The notes: a model not told the origin generated them from the sequence alone. Counted from the stretch's first letter, positions 42,701-55,382 are shown. The stretch: 64,000 bases of DNA from Lingula anatina (GCA_051362555.1 CM120640.1:37281967-37345966), one strand, 5' to 3'. A program made the numbers and translations.

Positions 42701-44487
42701 TTCAATGCAAAACAAGCAGCCATGTTTTGTTTATGAAGATAATTACTGTAAACATTGAAAAGTTGAATTTTTTTTCAATGTATACTGGCCAAGAATGTTC
42801 CTAATTATGTTAAAATGGAGCAATATAGGAATTATGGTATTTTCTGTATTTGAGTAAATATTTGCCAGCTTAATTGTATGGTTGAAATTTTGTTATTCAA
42901 AACCTTTCTCTTATTTTAGTGTCTCCCTGAACATGGAGTATACACAGTATTTGTTAATTTAGGAAATACAAAATTTGAGGTAAGTTTTCATAAAGCGTAA
43001 AGCCCTTTTTTTCTCTGTTCTCAGATTACCAGAATTGTCTTCCAAAATTATATTTGGTTCCATAAATTCCAAAATTAAACTTTTCAAAAGTTGGTATCAT
43101 TATAATCTCATTATTATGCAATTTTACCATTAATAGAATAACATCTTTGTCTCTTCTGAAAATATTGTGTCCAAAAGAGTGATACAATTGTTGAAAGTAT
43201 GAAAATTATGGTGGTGGCAACTTGTAACTGAAAGTCTTCTGCTTATTATTATTATTATTCCAGCTACTACATCCTTATGGGGAAAAGTCTCCTATTCAAG
43301 GTTTTCTGGATAAAAACAAGGCAGGAGGAATGCATCATGTGTGCATTGAGGTAAGGGGGTGGTGTATTTTAGAATTTCGTATTTTGTAAAACTTAAAGAT
43401 TTCAACTGATTTCAGTACTAGTTCATTTAAAAAGTTGTTGGTGTACCACAAAGATGCCCAACTCAATAGCCAATGCAAAGTGAAAAAAATGTGGTATAAA
43501 TTTGAAATAAGTCATAAATTTATAAAAATGTTCAAGTGTATTGTTTTGTAACTAATACATGACATATATTCACTCAAATTTGGCATCTGCATCAATTTTA
43601 CTGTCCATTTTTGTATGAAAGCCAGTGAACAGTGCATGAGCAGTTTACAGGAGATTGGTTACACTTACCGTACAGCTTATATTACTAAAATTATGAGGTT
43701 TCATCATAGGTCTTAGTTGATGTACATTTGTAGTATTAACATGTGCATAGTAGGATTTTTAAAATATAAAACCAAATGCAGTGTTTTAATTTTAGAAAAG
43801 TTGAAAGAATGTTTCCAAATTAACATCTGTGTTCATTAAGATTTAACATGCATGAAAGATATTGAATTTTCTGACCAACAAAAACTTTAACATAAGATGA
43901 GAAGTAGAAAAGGTCAGCTTGACATTTTTTTTCAAATAATATTTATACCATCTATGAATTGTGCTAACACAAACTGACAGCTGCTTCTGAGAACATACTG
44001 GCATAATGGCAACAGGATGACTGCTTTAATTAACGAGGCCACAAACTACCCACACTTGTCAAATCCAATTACAATCAAAATGTTGATAAAGAGAAATAAT
44101 GGTTTCTTAGAGACTTTACATATTTCCTACGTAAGAGACATAACTGCTTTTAGAAACAATTTTTTTATTGCATAATACAGATATATTGAAAAACCAATTT
44201 TACCGAATCAAAATGTTATGCGTATAGAACAGTTAAATCAGGAGGGTAAAATAATATTTTACTTTTACAAGCAATATATTATGTCAAATTAACCCATTTT
44301 TTTTTATTATTTACCTCCCACCTGTCTTTTTCAGGTTGACAATATTCAAGAGGCCATGAAGGACTTGAAGGTGCACAATATCAGAGCTCTAAGTGAAGAG
44401 GCTAAGATTGGAGCCCATGGGAAACCTGTAGTGTTTCTTCACCCCAAGGACTGCAATGGAACCCTGGTGGAGCTGGAACAGGCATAA
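39725..44487 (+). CDS. MCEE: methylmalonyl-CoA epimerase, mitochondrial (6 exons, 173 aa)
   Basis: Exons 39725-39757 (MAALARSFSLR), 41012-41080 (VCRSLLQ...MSGK), 41697-41816 (VPDRVWKLGKLNHVAIAVPDL...), 42920-42979 (CLPEHGVYTVFVNLGNTKFE), 43264-43350 (LLHPYGEKSPIQGFLDKNKAGGMHHVCIE), 44335-44487 (VDNI...IGAHGKPVVFLHPKDCNGTLVELEQA*). All introns are GT-AG and phase 0. MCEE metal-binding motifs are intact, and the N-terminus is Arg/Ser-rich like a presequence. Confidence 0.95.
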
Positions 44488-47186
44488 AGCCTTGAGACCC
44501 AGGGAGCTTTCCTTTGAAGGAATACAGTTGCATGTATGAATTGTGGGCAGGCTGCTTCTTGGAAATTAGAATGATGCTTATTGGACATTCATTTTTCAGT
44601 GCAGAGGAGGACAAGGAAAGAGATGACTAATAGATGTGAACAAATATATTTTTGGTTGCTCCTTGGAAAATAAAGAAACATGCTCTATATGCAGAGTGAT
44701 GCCTTTTTGGAAATTCATATTGCAGTGCACAGAGAAGAAGGAAGAAGGAGACCTATAAATGTAAACAAATATATTTTTTGTCTTCTGGAACAGTTATTCG
44801 CTAGATACTGTTTTCATATACATGATGCTTACATAAGCTTATTTGTTGTTATTATTTTTGATAAGTCAACAATTCATCTCCCCCGCTGATTGTTGAATTT
44901 TATCAGTAGAAAAAAAAAAATGCATATAAATTGTAAGAAAAAGCAGGGCACTACAGAGGTGGTTTGAGAAACTTCAGGGAGATGAAAAATTAAATAATGA
45001 CAGATTCACAATATGTTGCCAGTGGATGTGAAAAACACAATTCGTAGGCAATACTGTTTTTGATGTTAGCAGTTGGTTGTTTTAATTGGGGAATTATCGG
45101 AATGTGCAGAGCATGGTAAGATAAAAATGGAAAAGAAATCAACTTGCATGCTAGATCTTACATTTGTAAACAGGATGACTTTATCACAAAGCTTTCTTCA
45201 AGTTAACTGATGTTGAGTTGTCACCAGTGGTGACTATATGTATGGAATGAATCAAACCATTTACATTTATTATGCAGAATGTGCATTTTATTTTTAAAGC
45301 ATTAAATGCAGAATTAAGGTTTCGCTGACATTATCACGTTGTACAAAAGATACACCTGTATTTGTTAATTTTCTAAAAGCAAAAACAATTATTTGTGCAT
45401 TTATTATATTTTTTGTAACACACTTATTTTTATTTGTTTGGCAGATTGGCATTATTTTATTTTTTAAACAAGCTAATAAGAAAAGTGAATCTTCTGGTTA
45501 CTGTCTTTAAAATAAGTTATGACATAAACATGTACTTGTATTGGTTTACTTGATTTTTCAGAATAAACTATATCATGAACATTATACCAAAAGAGTTGTC
45601 AATAAGAATTTTTTGTCAAAGTACAGCATGGTCATTAACAGTAAAAATAAGTGAATGTTAAAAAAGGTATCTGTTTTGAAAATAATATAATCTCATGTAT
45701 TATAAAAAGGCGAAATGCCAATCATTTCAATTTTGTATTAAAATAAAGCAAGTTTTGCAAGTTATGAGCATTATATGTAAAATATATTGGGCTTTTAAAC
45801 ATCTAAACCTTTTTAAGTGTGAAAACAAAATTTGGATACAGGAAGTCAATGCATAATAGATATAAAATATGTTAGAACAAACTACAATAAGGTCTCTCCT
45901 TAAAATACTGATGTATTTTAAGGAAAGAATTCATTTTGATTTCATTGCTTTTTAACTCCACAAACTGAAATTTAGTCATTTTCATTTTCCGCATAATGAT
46001 GCTCAGAACTATTGGATCATGTTCACCCCGTCTGATTGTGATTTTAGCGTAATTAGTCTAACAAGTTTAAATTATCCTTTCACTTTGTTGATTAATTTTA
46101 ATTTTTAACCGAACATTCCTTTTATTGTGAATTTGGGAGGGACTTGTCAAAGATACAGAAACTAATATAAAACGTGCCTTTGACAAACAGCTTAACAAAA
46201 TTTTATTTCTGAAAAAACCTTATCCTGAGCGAAAAAAAGATAACATATACTCTTAATTTTGATAACAATTTAAGTTAATGAAAAACTCTCGAAGTGCGTG
46301 ACAACTAATTTGCTGTCGGACAACACTTCATTAAAAGTGGTGGCATTGCGTTATTAAGAGGTACACCTGTATAACACGGCGCGCCACATCAGACGTCACT
46401 ACAACTGGTCTACCTTCTTCAAATCTTTGTTCTTAGTCGTGACTGAAGAAAACACCAAGCACTGCGTATTAAAGTAACCGATAACCAAAACAAGTCTGAT
46501 ATTCATAAATCAACAGGGATCATACATAAAAACAAAAAATCGCGTCAATTGTCTCCGAATCATCTTATCGAACCTGAATTATTGCACGCTTTAACCACCC
46601 ACCGCTGGTAGTCTGTCACACTATAATTTTATCTCCTATACTTTAATTTTGTATGCTATTATACAGGCACCTGATATCAGAGGGCATAATTCTTGTACGT
46701 GTATCATCTAACGAGACAAGGCATCACCGTGCCGCGTCCTGCATATTAACTGCTATCTCCACATCAGACTGGAGATAATGTATTCAAATCTCGGCTTCAG
46801 CACAATGAATGTGTCTATTCACCGCACCATGGTAAAGTGAATGTCTATGCAAATATCTTGATGACACGAAAGGTGAAATGGTCTCTGAGTCAGCATGGGG
46901 TGGCACTGCGAAAATCGAAAAGAAATGTACACTAAAATATGTTTTAAAAAATAATATTTTTGTGCATTACCGGGAATAAAATTAAGAAAAAAACTGAGGC
47001 ATTTTTGAAAAGATACAATCTTACACAGTAGCACTCCGGCCATTCGTTTCTTTGTTTTGTAGCGTAACGTGGTTTATCTTAAATCAGGATCCCAGCATAT
47101 TTTAACTTAATTGAATTTAAAAGGCCTGGGACAACATTATAGAAAGTGGCCCTCCAGAAGAGAACGTCTTTTACTTCAGGCAACAA

Positions 47187-47198
47187 CAAGATGGCGGC
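47187..47198 (+). promoter_or_regulatory. perfect YY1 motif upstream of the CDA-like gene, also a 3-codon uORF (MAA*)
   Basis: CAAGATGGCGGC followed by TTAA, ~80 bp before ATG 47275. Confidence 0.5.
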
Positions 47199-47274
47199 TT
47201 AAGGGAAAAATAAGTTTCCTTCTTTGTTTTTGTCGATCTGTGCGATTAACCATCAGTTTAAAGACACTTCAGCG

Positions 47275-48458
47275 ATGTGGGGATCTAGTTTAATACTTTT
47301 AGCGTCCATTTTGGGACAGTTCAGTGAAATAAACGGCCAAGCAAGACCCCAGGACGTGTGCGTTCAGGGAGACGCGGTGAATGAAGGGAACTGCTACGCA
47401 CCAAAATGTTACTGCAGTAATATGTTCAATTTCCCAAGGTGAGTTTCACTAGGATGGAGTTTTGTTTCTTTAGAAAAGTTTAACCATGTATGACAAAAAT
47501 CTGTAAATCTCAACATTTTCTGGTTTGGTCTGTATTTTGTCCTCAGTATTTATGAGTTAAAAAAAGCTAAATGTGTTTATGTGTATATCATCCTTTGTTT
47601 TTTAAAGTTTCGCAAACTTTAATCGCGGATGAAAAGCCGAAGCAGAGCAAGTAATATTTTCGTTCCTCTTGATTTAAATGAAGGCTACCTACATGTATCT
47701 GTCGATTTCAACGTACTAAATTACAAGTTAAATACGCCACTAGTCAAAATTCACTTTACTGCTGTAGTAGTAATGTGAACAATGGATTTTGTCAATTTTA
47801 AGTATAAGTAGGCTTTCTAGCTATATATACATCTTCACAGGTACAAGCCATTTGTAACAAAAATATATAGTATTAGAATCCATTTAAGCAAATAAACACT
47901 GCGGCTACTCCGTACTAATACTTTGCGTAAATAATATCATCTTAAACAGCAGCGTCAGTTTTCTGGAAAAACGGTTGATATTCTTTGTTGTATTGAGAAT
48001 TATTCGACACAAAGTTTAAAAACTACTAGCACATGTAGTACGTAAAACTAACATGTAGTATAGTGGTATGTATTCAGCCATTTAAAAACAAAACCAAATT
48101 CTCCAATAAAACACAAAGTTGAAACATATTTTTTTCGTCAAGATAATTGGTTAGTAATAATTATCGCTCCTGTATGGTAATTGTGAAGTTTTAAGTGTAG
48201 ACATTATTAAATGGCTGTGGCCCACATATAGCCATCCACTGTTTTGGTTGTTAATGTCATAATGGCGGGGGATCATGCAACCGTGTCAGGTAGATACAAT
48301 GAGATGCACTGTCTCGTTTATAGACCGAGAAAAATTTCCGCAAACATCACGGCTAAAGAAAAATGACAAAAGGGGCATTTACAGAGATGAAGAATACATT
48401 ATGATATAACATATACAGTGTAGTACATGCATATTATGAATTGCTTAATCACCCCCAG

Positions 48459-48522
<64 letters not shown>

Positions 48523-50281
48523 CGCGCGCGCGCGCGCGCGCGCGCACGTTGATCCACACGATTCAGAAATTTTGCTAAACGGTTAAAAGTGTTTGGCAAA
48601 AGTAAATGTCAATGTGATACGCTTTTCAACTTCAACACTTACTTGTACTGTGCCTTACAAAGCTTTCAATAACTACCGTGACCTTCCTCAGTGTGTGTTA
48701 CTGTGAGATTGAGCACTATTCACTAATGTCTCAGTAATAATTGGTGTCTCCCTGTTCAGGCTTGGTTTGTGGGTACCCTCTACCAGGCGCCACAGACTGA
48801 TTTTTCACTCGATATTAACAGATATTTCTCTGGTTAAATAGATGACTAATCTCTGTACTGTGTCACCTTAGCGAAAATATCCACAAAATAAAACGGATGT
48901 AGATTGCTTCCTTAACCCCCCTCTCGTACCATGATGACATGACATAATCAAGAGACTACACAGATGGATTTCCATCAAAATAAAAAACCCATGTTTGAAA
49001 TAGCAAAAGAAAAGATAAAAATAAATAAATGAATAAATATTTTTTTCCAGTTTCAGTTTTTTTGTCAGTTTCAAATTGATTAAAAGAATTGAGGAGATAT
49101 GTGTCTTTTAAGTTGTTTGATATTGGTGGATTGGTAGCCTTAGAGAACCAGGACATATCTAGTAATTACCCTTTGTTTTTATTTACAGGTCCATAGAAAA
49201 GGAAACAAAAGGCAAACAGAAGAATGTAGTGAAGTTCAGCAGCAAGGATGACATCCCTCAGATGGTAGCGTTCACATTTAACGACCCTGTTGACCAGGAC
49301 ACATACGAACCTTACATGGACCTTTTCTATGGCAAACAGAACCCCAACGGATGTCCCGTGTCTGTCACTATCTTCACGTCCGACAACAACACCGACTACT
49401 GTATGATTAACCAGCTGTACCGATACGGCTATGAGATCGCCAACAGCGGGAAATCCAGAAAATCAACCGTAAATTTCTGGCAACAAGGGTCTGGAGATGA
49501 GTTCCGACAAGAGCTTTCAGAACAGATCGAGCTCATACACGAGAAGGCCGAAATCCCTCGGACCGACATCCGCGGATGGAGAACACCGCTGCTTCAACCT
49601 GGCGGCGATAAGCTGTTCCGCATCCTTCACGGCAATAACTTCGTGAAATATGACGCCACAATTCTGGCTGGACCCCAGAGTTTGACTGATAATATTACCT
49701 GGCCATTCACCCTGGACTATCCCATTCAGTTCCCCTGTGGTATCCCACCCTGCCCAACACAGAGATACCCCGGCTTCTGGGTCGTCCCCGTCATCCGTAT
49801 TCTGGACGTCAACGACTTGGTCTGTTCGTTCGCCCATCGCTGTATCTACCCGCCTCAGAACGAGGAAGAGACCTACGAGTTTCTGTGGAAAAATTTCGAG
49901 CACCACTACCGACTGAACCGCGCCCCCTTCATCATCAACTTGGAGGCGAACTGGTTCAATGAGAAGCTGTACGCTTTCGAGGCGGTGAAACGGTTCATTC
50001 AAGCTCTTCTTTCCCGCGATGATGTCTACCTCGTCAACACATGGCAGATAGTACAGTGGATGCAGGACCCGACCCCTCTAGGAAAGGATAACAAACTGAT
50101 GAACAACTTCAAACCATGGAAGGAGAGAGGGTGCGAGTATCTCCCTAGAAAGATGAAGTGTACTATCAAAAGAAAATCGAAATCGTTTGTCGGAGAAATC
50201 AACTTGGCGCTATGGCAGTGGCTCTTTATGGCTATTGTGTTAGCCATTCTTGTGCGTAAAGACTGGAATGCTAAAGATTAG
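47275..50281 (+). CDS. chitin deacetylase-like (CE4/NodB polysaccharide deacetylase fold) protein with signal peptide and C-terminal TM anchor, probably catalytically inactive, 418 aa
   Basis: Exon 1 is 47275-47438 (signal peptide MWGSSLILLASILGQFSEING, then the CDA pre-catalytic Cys motif C...NCYAPKCYCS; donor AG|GTGAGT). Exon 2 is 49189-50281, in frame with the 350-aa ORF: DIPQMVAFTFND, NPNGCP, GWRTPLLQPGGD, WPFTLDY, CPTQRYPGFW, HYRLNRAPF, DDVYLV...QIVQWMQDPTPL, all characteristic of animal CDAs. Confidence 0.9.
48461..48544. repeat. compound (CT)27(CA)4(CG)11 microsatellite
   Basis: Direct reading, in the CDA-like intron. Confidence 0.95.
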
Positions 50282-51231
50282 AGGCGTTTTATGTTGATTT
50301 CTATCTTAAATCGATATCTTTACCCCCTCCCTCACACACTGAAACGAACAACATTCAATGTATGTCTATGAAAATGCAGCCGACAATGGACTTTGGGTTG
50401 TAACTGCTTACTGTACATGTAACTTTCTTGGCTTCAAAATTTAATTCAAACCAAGTTTTTTCCCAAAGGGACTTTGCATTGTCTGTTTGCACTTCTGTAA
50501 GTTTTTTTCTCTTCATGTCGTTCCCACAACTGACCTCTCCAATGAAGAATACATCAAGTCATGCTTGAAAAAAAAAAATACATTGCTTTACTTCAATGCA
50601 TTATGAATGTGTATATGAGTTTAAGTTGATGAGATAAATCATTAAGACATTACATATTGTAAGCAATATGAAGTTTGCAAAAGTTCGAAAAATTATCAAC
50701 GTTTTTGTTATAAAGTTTTCTTTTCATCTGTTATGATTTTTTCAAGTTATCAAAATTAATGCAGTGACTACTTCGTGAACTCCATCAGATGTGAAGAAAG
50801 TGAGCAAAATTGCACATACTCGTAATTAGTTGAAAAAAAGCAGGGACCCAAACATTCACTATTGTGGTTACAAAAGCAATCAAGATGATGTTCATGTACA
50901 CAGTTTGTTGGCATTATTCCGTCATGAGCTGATTAATATTTTCTAGGATTTGATATGGTGGACCGAGTGAAAGTGAATAAATTAAGGAAATAAATTAATC
51001 TTAAATAAATCAGGATTTTCTTTTTCATCTACTAATGACATTCATTGACATTCATTGAGTCTTCCTTTCATGTAGGTCCGCCATATTTAGGTCTCGGTCT
51101 TGCTAGACCTCGGCTCTTCTCCATGTGAATGCTCTCTTAAAAAGTGATATGAAACACACAAAATACAATGACCACTGGCTTGGTAAAACGCCGTCCAGTG
51201 TAAAGGGGTTTTAAGTTGGAGAAATGTACAA

Positions 51232-51689
51232 TTCACCCCCAAAATAAATAAATCTATAAATCAAAAGTTATGGATGGATTAAGATTTCGGGATAAATAGG
51301 TCACAAATGGGCTAAATTAAAAGTGATTAAATTTTGGTGACGATCCTATAATTAATTAATTAATGGTTTTGATTAAAATTATTAGTAAATCATTTATCTA
51401 TCTGTCTGCATGTTACATATGTAGCAGCATATTCAATAAGTCATAAAATTTTGATGGAATTTTCAGGATATTTCGGAAACGGGCTATGTGTGTGTGGTGA
51501 TTAAATACTTAATTACCTTATAAAAGATAATAAAGAGATTTTAGCTTATTACACGATAAAATTTAAGTTATTTCAAAATAGTAGAAATGAGAATTAACTA
51601 AGTTAGATCCTAATCAATTAATGAATGGATTAACTAACTTATAAATGAATAATGAAATTGAGTTGTTTTGGGGGAAGTCTGCACACCCT

Positions 51690-51693
<4 letters not shown>
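51232..51693 (+). mobile_element. degenerate HINE/Helentron-like non-autonomous element
   Basis: Short subterminal inverted pair CCCCCAAAA (51236-51244) / TTTTGGGGG (51666-51674); 3' end AAGTCTGCACACCCTGAG runs into poly-T; internal motifs AAAAGTTATGGATGGATT, AAATTTTGGTGACGATCC and GAATTTTCAGGA resemble such elements as recalled, not verified. Confidence 0.4.
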
Positions 51694-51723
<30 letters not shown>

Positions 51724-51957
51724 CTGCATCATCCCGCACCGGTCATAATATATAATATAGCTTCTGAATATTCCCACTTAGATTGTGGAGGAAAGATAGT
51801 GTCTTTTCGAAATTATGGATAATTAGGAGGATAGCACTAGATTGAAAAATGTATACATAAGTTTCCCAGGGTGACTCTCTCTCTCTCTCTGTCCACTTGA
51901 GCAGTTTTAATTACTTGATTGGGAAAAACCATACACCGATACTTCACATCAAAATAA

Positions 51958-51965
51958 CCGGAAGT
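51958..51965 (+). promoter_or_regulatory. ETS motif at the probable promoter/5' non-coding exon of the aldolase-like gene
   Basis: CCGGAAGT, followed by a GC-richer segment ending in donors AG|GTTAGT (52053) or CT|GTGAGT (52069); acceptor tttttccttttAAG at 52694. Confidence 0.45.
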
Positions 51966-52584
51966 TGTTTGCCCGTGTAGATGCCCCGTCTCTGTTAACA
52001 GTTGGACGACAGGTCTCTCACTCGCTAAGCCAGGGGAGCTTGTTGACTAGAGGTTAGTTTTGTCAACTGTGAGTGATGTAGAAAACGTAAATGTTAATGT
52101 CGATATAGGCTTTTACGTCTACGTTAAACTTTGAGCCATTCACTACTGTACATCACCGTCACATGTACATGTAGATATGATGTCTTATCAGTTTTTTTAA
52201 CCACTTTAACACATAGAAATACATTCAGTGAAAGAGAAAAATGATGCATTTTTGATATACAAACTTATTTGTCAAAACAGAATGTCACTTAATGTGTAAT
52301 TTTAAAATTTGTTCTTTGAACCTTAATTGTGATTGGTTCCCCGTACAATTCATGATCACTATGATCAATGTAACAGTCTCTGTACTTAAATCCAAATTTC
52401 TTTGCTCTTGAACTAATGTCAATTATAACCAAAATGAAACGGCAACTTTTGGAATTTAATATGAAAAATGGACAGTTATTTTAAAAAAAGTATTTAATCA
52501 TTAATTAAAAATAAAAATGAATTAACCAGAGTTATCATATTGACTGTTACATATTGCTAGTATTCTGAGTATATATATATACAG

Positions 52585-52619
<35 letters not shown>

Positions 52620-52708
52620 TATACTTGCTGATATGGGTAGAATGCAATATAGTGCAGTAAGCAGTCACATAATTTTCATATTTTTCCTTTTAAGGGTTGT
52701 ATGCCAAG

Positions 52709-53518
52709 ATGCTGCATGCAGTATCTTTCATTGGCCTAGTGCAGTCCCAGTTGGTTCGCCTAAGTCAAAGTAAACATGCACCAAAGAAGAGCTCTGGACT
52801 TCCAAAAGAAGGGGTCATCAAGTTTGATATCGATCACAGTGATGCCATCCTCACTGCAATTGAAAGGAGGAGCGCAGATAGAATAAAGCTTGTTCGGGAT
52901 TTTCTTTATAATCTACACTTGGTTGGACAGTATTTGTCAGGCCCCTACCAGGGTCTTGGATTTGGAAACGTCAGCGAGCTGTTACCAGTACAAGACCAGA
53001 GGGAGGACACTTTAAAGACATTTTGCATCACAGGAACCCAGACTGGTACAATTAAAGCTCTTGATTCTGGGAAACATTTTGCTGTGGTGACGGAGTATGA
53101 TTTTGAGAAGTACAGAATCAAAGCTCATGGTTGCATCAAACCCAGCAGTGAAGCCATTACGCATGCTGCTATCTACGAGAGCAGTCCTCACATTCAGGCC
53201 ATAATCCACGTCCATTCCCCAGTCCTGTGGCAGGCACTGTTATTATCACCAGATGATGAAGTATTGAAGACAGCCAAAGATGTGGAATATGGCTCGTATG
53301 AACTAGCTCAAGCCATTCGCCAACTTATTAAGGAAAATCAAAAGCAGGGATGGTTTCTCACAGCAGGCCATGATGATGGGTTATTCTTTTATGGACCTAA
53401 TCTAGTCAAAACTCTGGAATTAACTCTCCAGGTTTATAAAATTGTGTTAAAAGTATCACCTGTAGTTATTCAAAACATGAAACGCTTGGTGGCCCGCTTA
53501 GAGACTTGGAACAAGTAA
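52709..53518 (+). CDS. class II aldolase/adducin-family (AraD-like, Zn-dependent) protein, intronless CDS, 269 aa
   Basis: First in-frame ATG is 52709 in the 52697..53518 ORF. Motifs: EGVIKF, GFGNVS, ITGTQTG, PSSEAITHAAIY, IIHVHS (HxH Zn ligands), YGSYELA, AGHDDG. AATAAA lies near 53909. Confidence 0.85.
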   Translation: MLHAVSFIGLVQSQLVRLSQSKHAPKKSSGLPKEGVIKFDIDHSDAILTAIERRSADRIKLVRDFLYNLHLVGQYLSGPYQGLGFGNVSELLPVQDQREDTLKTFCITGTQTGTIKALDSGKHFAVVTEYDFEKYRIKAHGCIKPSSEAITHAAIYESSPHIQAIIHVHSPVLWQALLLSPDDEVLKTAKDVEYGSYELAQAIRQLIKENQKQGWFLTAGHDDGLFFYGPNLVKTLELTLQVYKIVLKVSPVVIQNMKRLVARLETWNK

Positions 53519-54339
53519 CTCATTTTTCAGCCTGAATGTTGCAATATGCATTTAACTGGTAACAATTTGATATGTATCCATTTTTCCTGCATAAAAGTAA
53601 TTTGCATCAGGAAGTGGTGTGATTTCAAGTCCAGAATTGAAATTTTTCTTTATGAATTGCAGTCTTCTCTCTGATATGTACAAATTAATTAATTTATTAC
53701 TGTATAGGAATTTTCAGTAATAATTTTAAATTAAAACACCATTTATGTGTTTATGCATGTAGTTATGAAAGTTTTTTTTTTGTTATGGATTTTATAAAAA
53801 GGATTGTTATGCTGAGAAAAAATGAACGTGATTGCTCCACAATTCAATCTCTTTTTTAAACAAATATGGCTTTGCACAATTTCTGTGCACTGAAATTACC
53901 AAAAAATCAATAAAAGGGGAAAAGAAATAATGACTCAAAATTTTCTATTTTATACATGTATTTCTAACTTAATTTATAATTTGAAAAACAAAATGAATAC
54001 ACTGTATTTTTATCACAGATAAATTATCACAAAAAGTAAACCTTACTATATCTACTATGTATACTTTGAAACATTATTAAACATGCCACAAAAAGATCCA
54101 TTATTACAAAAGTGTTTATGTATATAAAAAAAAACTTACAAAATAACTAGTATATTCAAACAACTGGAATTCTAAATGATTATGGAATGTGCATATATGG
54201 CAAACAACAATATGATATGTATCAAACTATGCTGCTACCATCACCAATTAAGGTAATGGTTTCAGATATGCTTATTTCTAACAGACCTACGCCCCCCTCA
54301 AAGGAACACTTAAAAAGAACTATCAATCACATAATGCTA

Positions 54340-54583
54340 CAGAGATTTAAACCTCAAGGGACCAATTTATATATTTCCTAGTTCACATATATTTAACAAA
54401 GATCACAAGTAAATTGAAATATATTATTGTTTTAGGTATAATCATGTTCTATAAAAATATCAGAGATTTAAACCTCAAGGGACCAATTTACATATATTTC
54501 CTAGTGCACATATATTTAACAAAGATCACAAGTAAATTGAAATATATTATTGTTTTAGGTATAATCATGTTCTATAAAAATAT
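54340..54583. repeat. recent tandem duplication, 2 copies of ~121-123 bp
   Basis: CAGAGATTTAAACCTCAAGGGACC... starts at 54340 and again at 54461; the copies are nearly identical. Confidence 0.9.
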
Positions 54584-54657
54584 GTTTAGCAGAAAATTTT
54601 TAATGTGCAAACTGCTTTTGTTCAGGCCTCGAAAAAGAAGAATCTAAATAAACTCAA

Positions 54658-55337
54658 GATTCTAGGACAATTCCCCCCCTTGAAAATCCTACCCCCCCCC
54701 CCCCCCCCCCCCCCCCCCAAGACAACACCCACCTCTGCAGGAAAGTGTTTTTGAATTATTTTTTTAGGGATTTATATTCTACTTGAAAGAAGACAAAAAA
54801 GAAATATAAACAAAAGTATTGGCTATCAATTACAAGTTTCATGAAGCTCACTTATGTGCTAAACAGACCTTAGAGGCAACCTTAAATTATAAGATGCTAT
54901 ATATGCAAATTTTGTAAATTTGCCATTAGGTGCCATTTTTTAATCAAACAAATACTACCATTTTATCTAAAAGTAAACAAATGTCACTTTATCTGCATTT
55001 CATTTGATGTTAGTTTTTCTTTTCTATCTGGTTAAGTAAATAATAATAAACTAGAAAAAGAAAACCAGATTTGAAAGTTGTTGCTTATTTATGTTAGGGG
55101 GTAGTGGTGAAACAATTAAAAATGACAGTTCATCAAAGAGCTACTTGGATAGTGAGATTACCTGTTTACCCCACCTCTAGCTGGAGATTCATTTTGATTA
55201 AAGGCATAATTTATAAATTTAAAAAAAATATCACATTCTTTATTTTCAGAATGATATTCATTGCAGGAGATTGAGGTGGTGGGGTGGGGGGTGGGGTGGG
55301 GGTGGGGGGATTGTCTGGGGGGAATTGTCTTGATACC
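54658..55337. mobile_element. probable MITE with GACAATTCCCCCC terminal inverted repeats in the channel 3' UTR region
   Basis: Left GATTCTAGGACAATTCCCCCC and right GGGGGGAATTGTCTTGATACC are inverted copies; C-tracts on the left and G-tracts on the right. Confidence 0.5.
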
Positions 55338-55382
55338 CAAACTATGCTGTCTATATTGCACTTGTTACCAATAAGAATTCAA

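Noticed and set aside
49517-50002. 161-aa antisense ORF
   Set aside because: Shadow of the GC3-rich CDA-like coding strand.
55354-55369. TATTGCACTTGT resembling miR-92
   Set aside because: The match stops after 12 nt and there is no hairpin; at most a target site in the channel 3' UTR.
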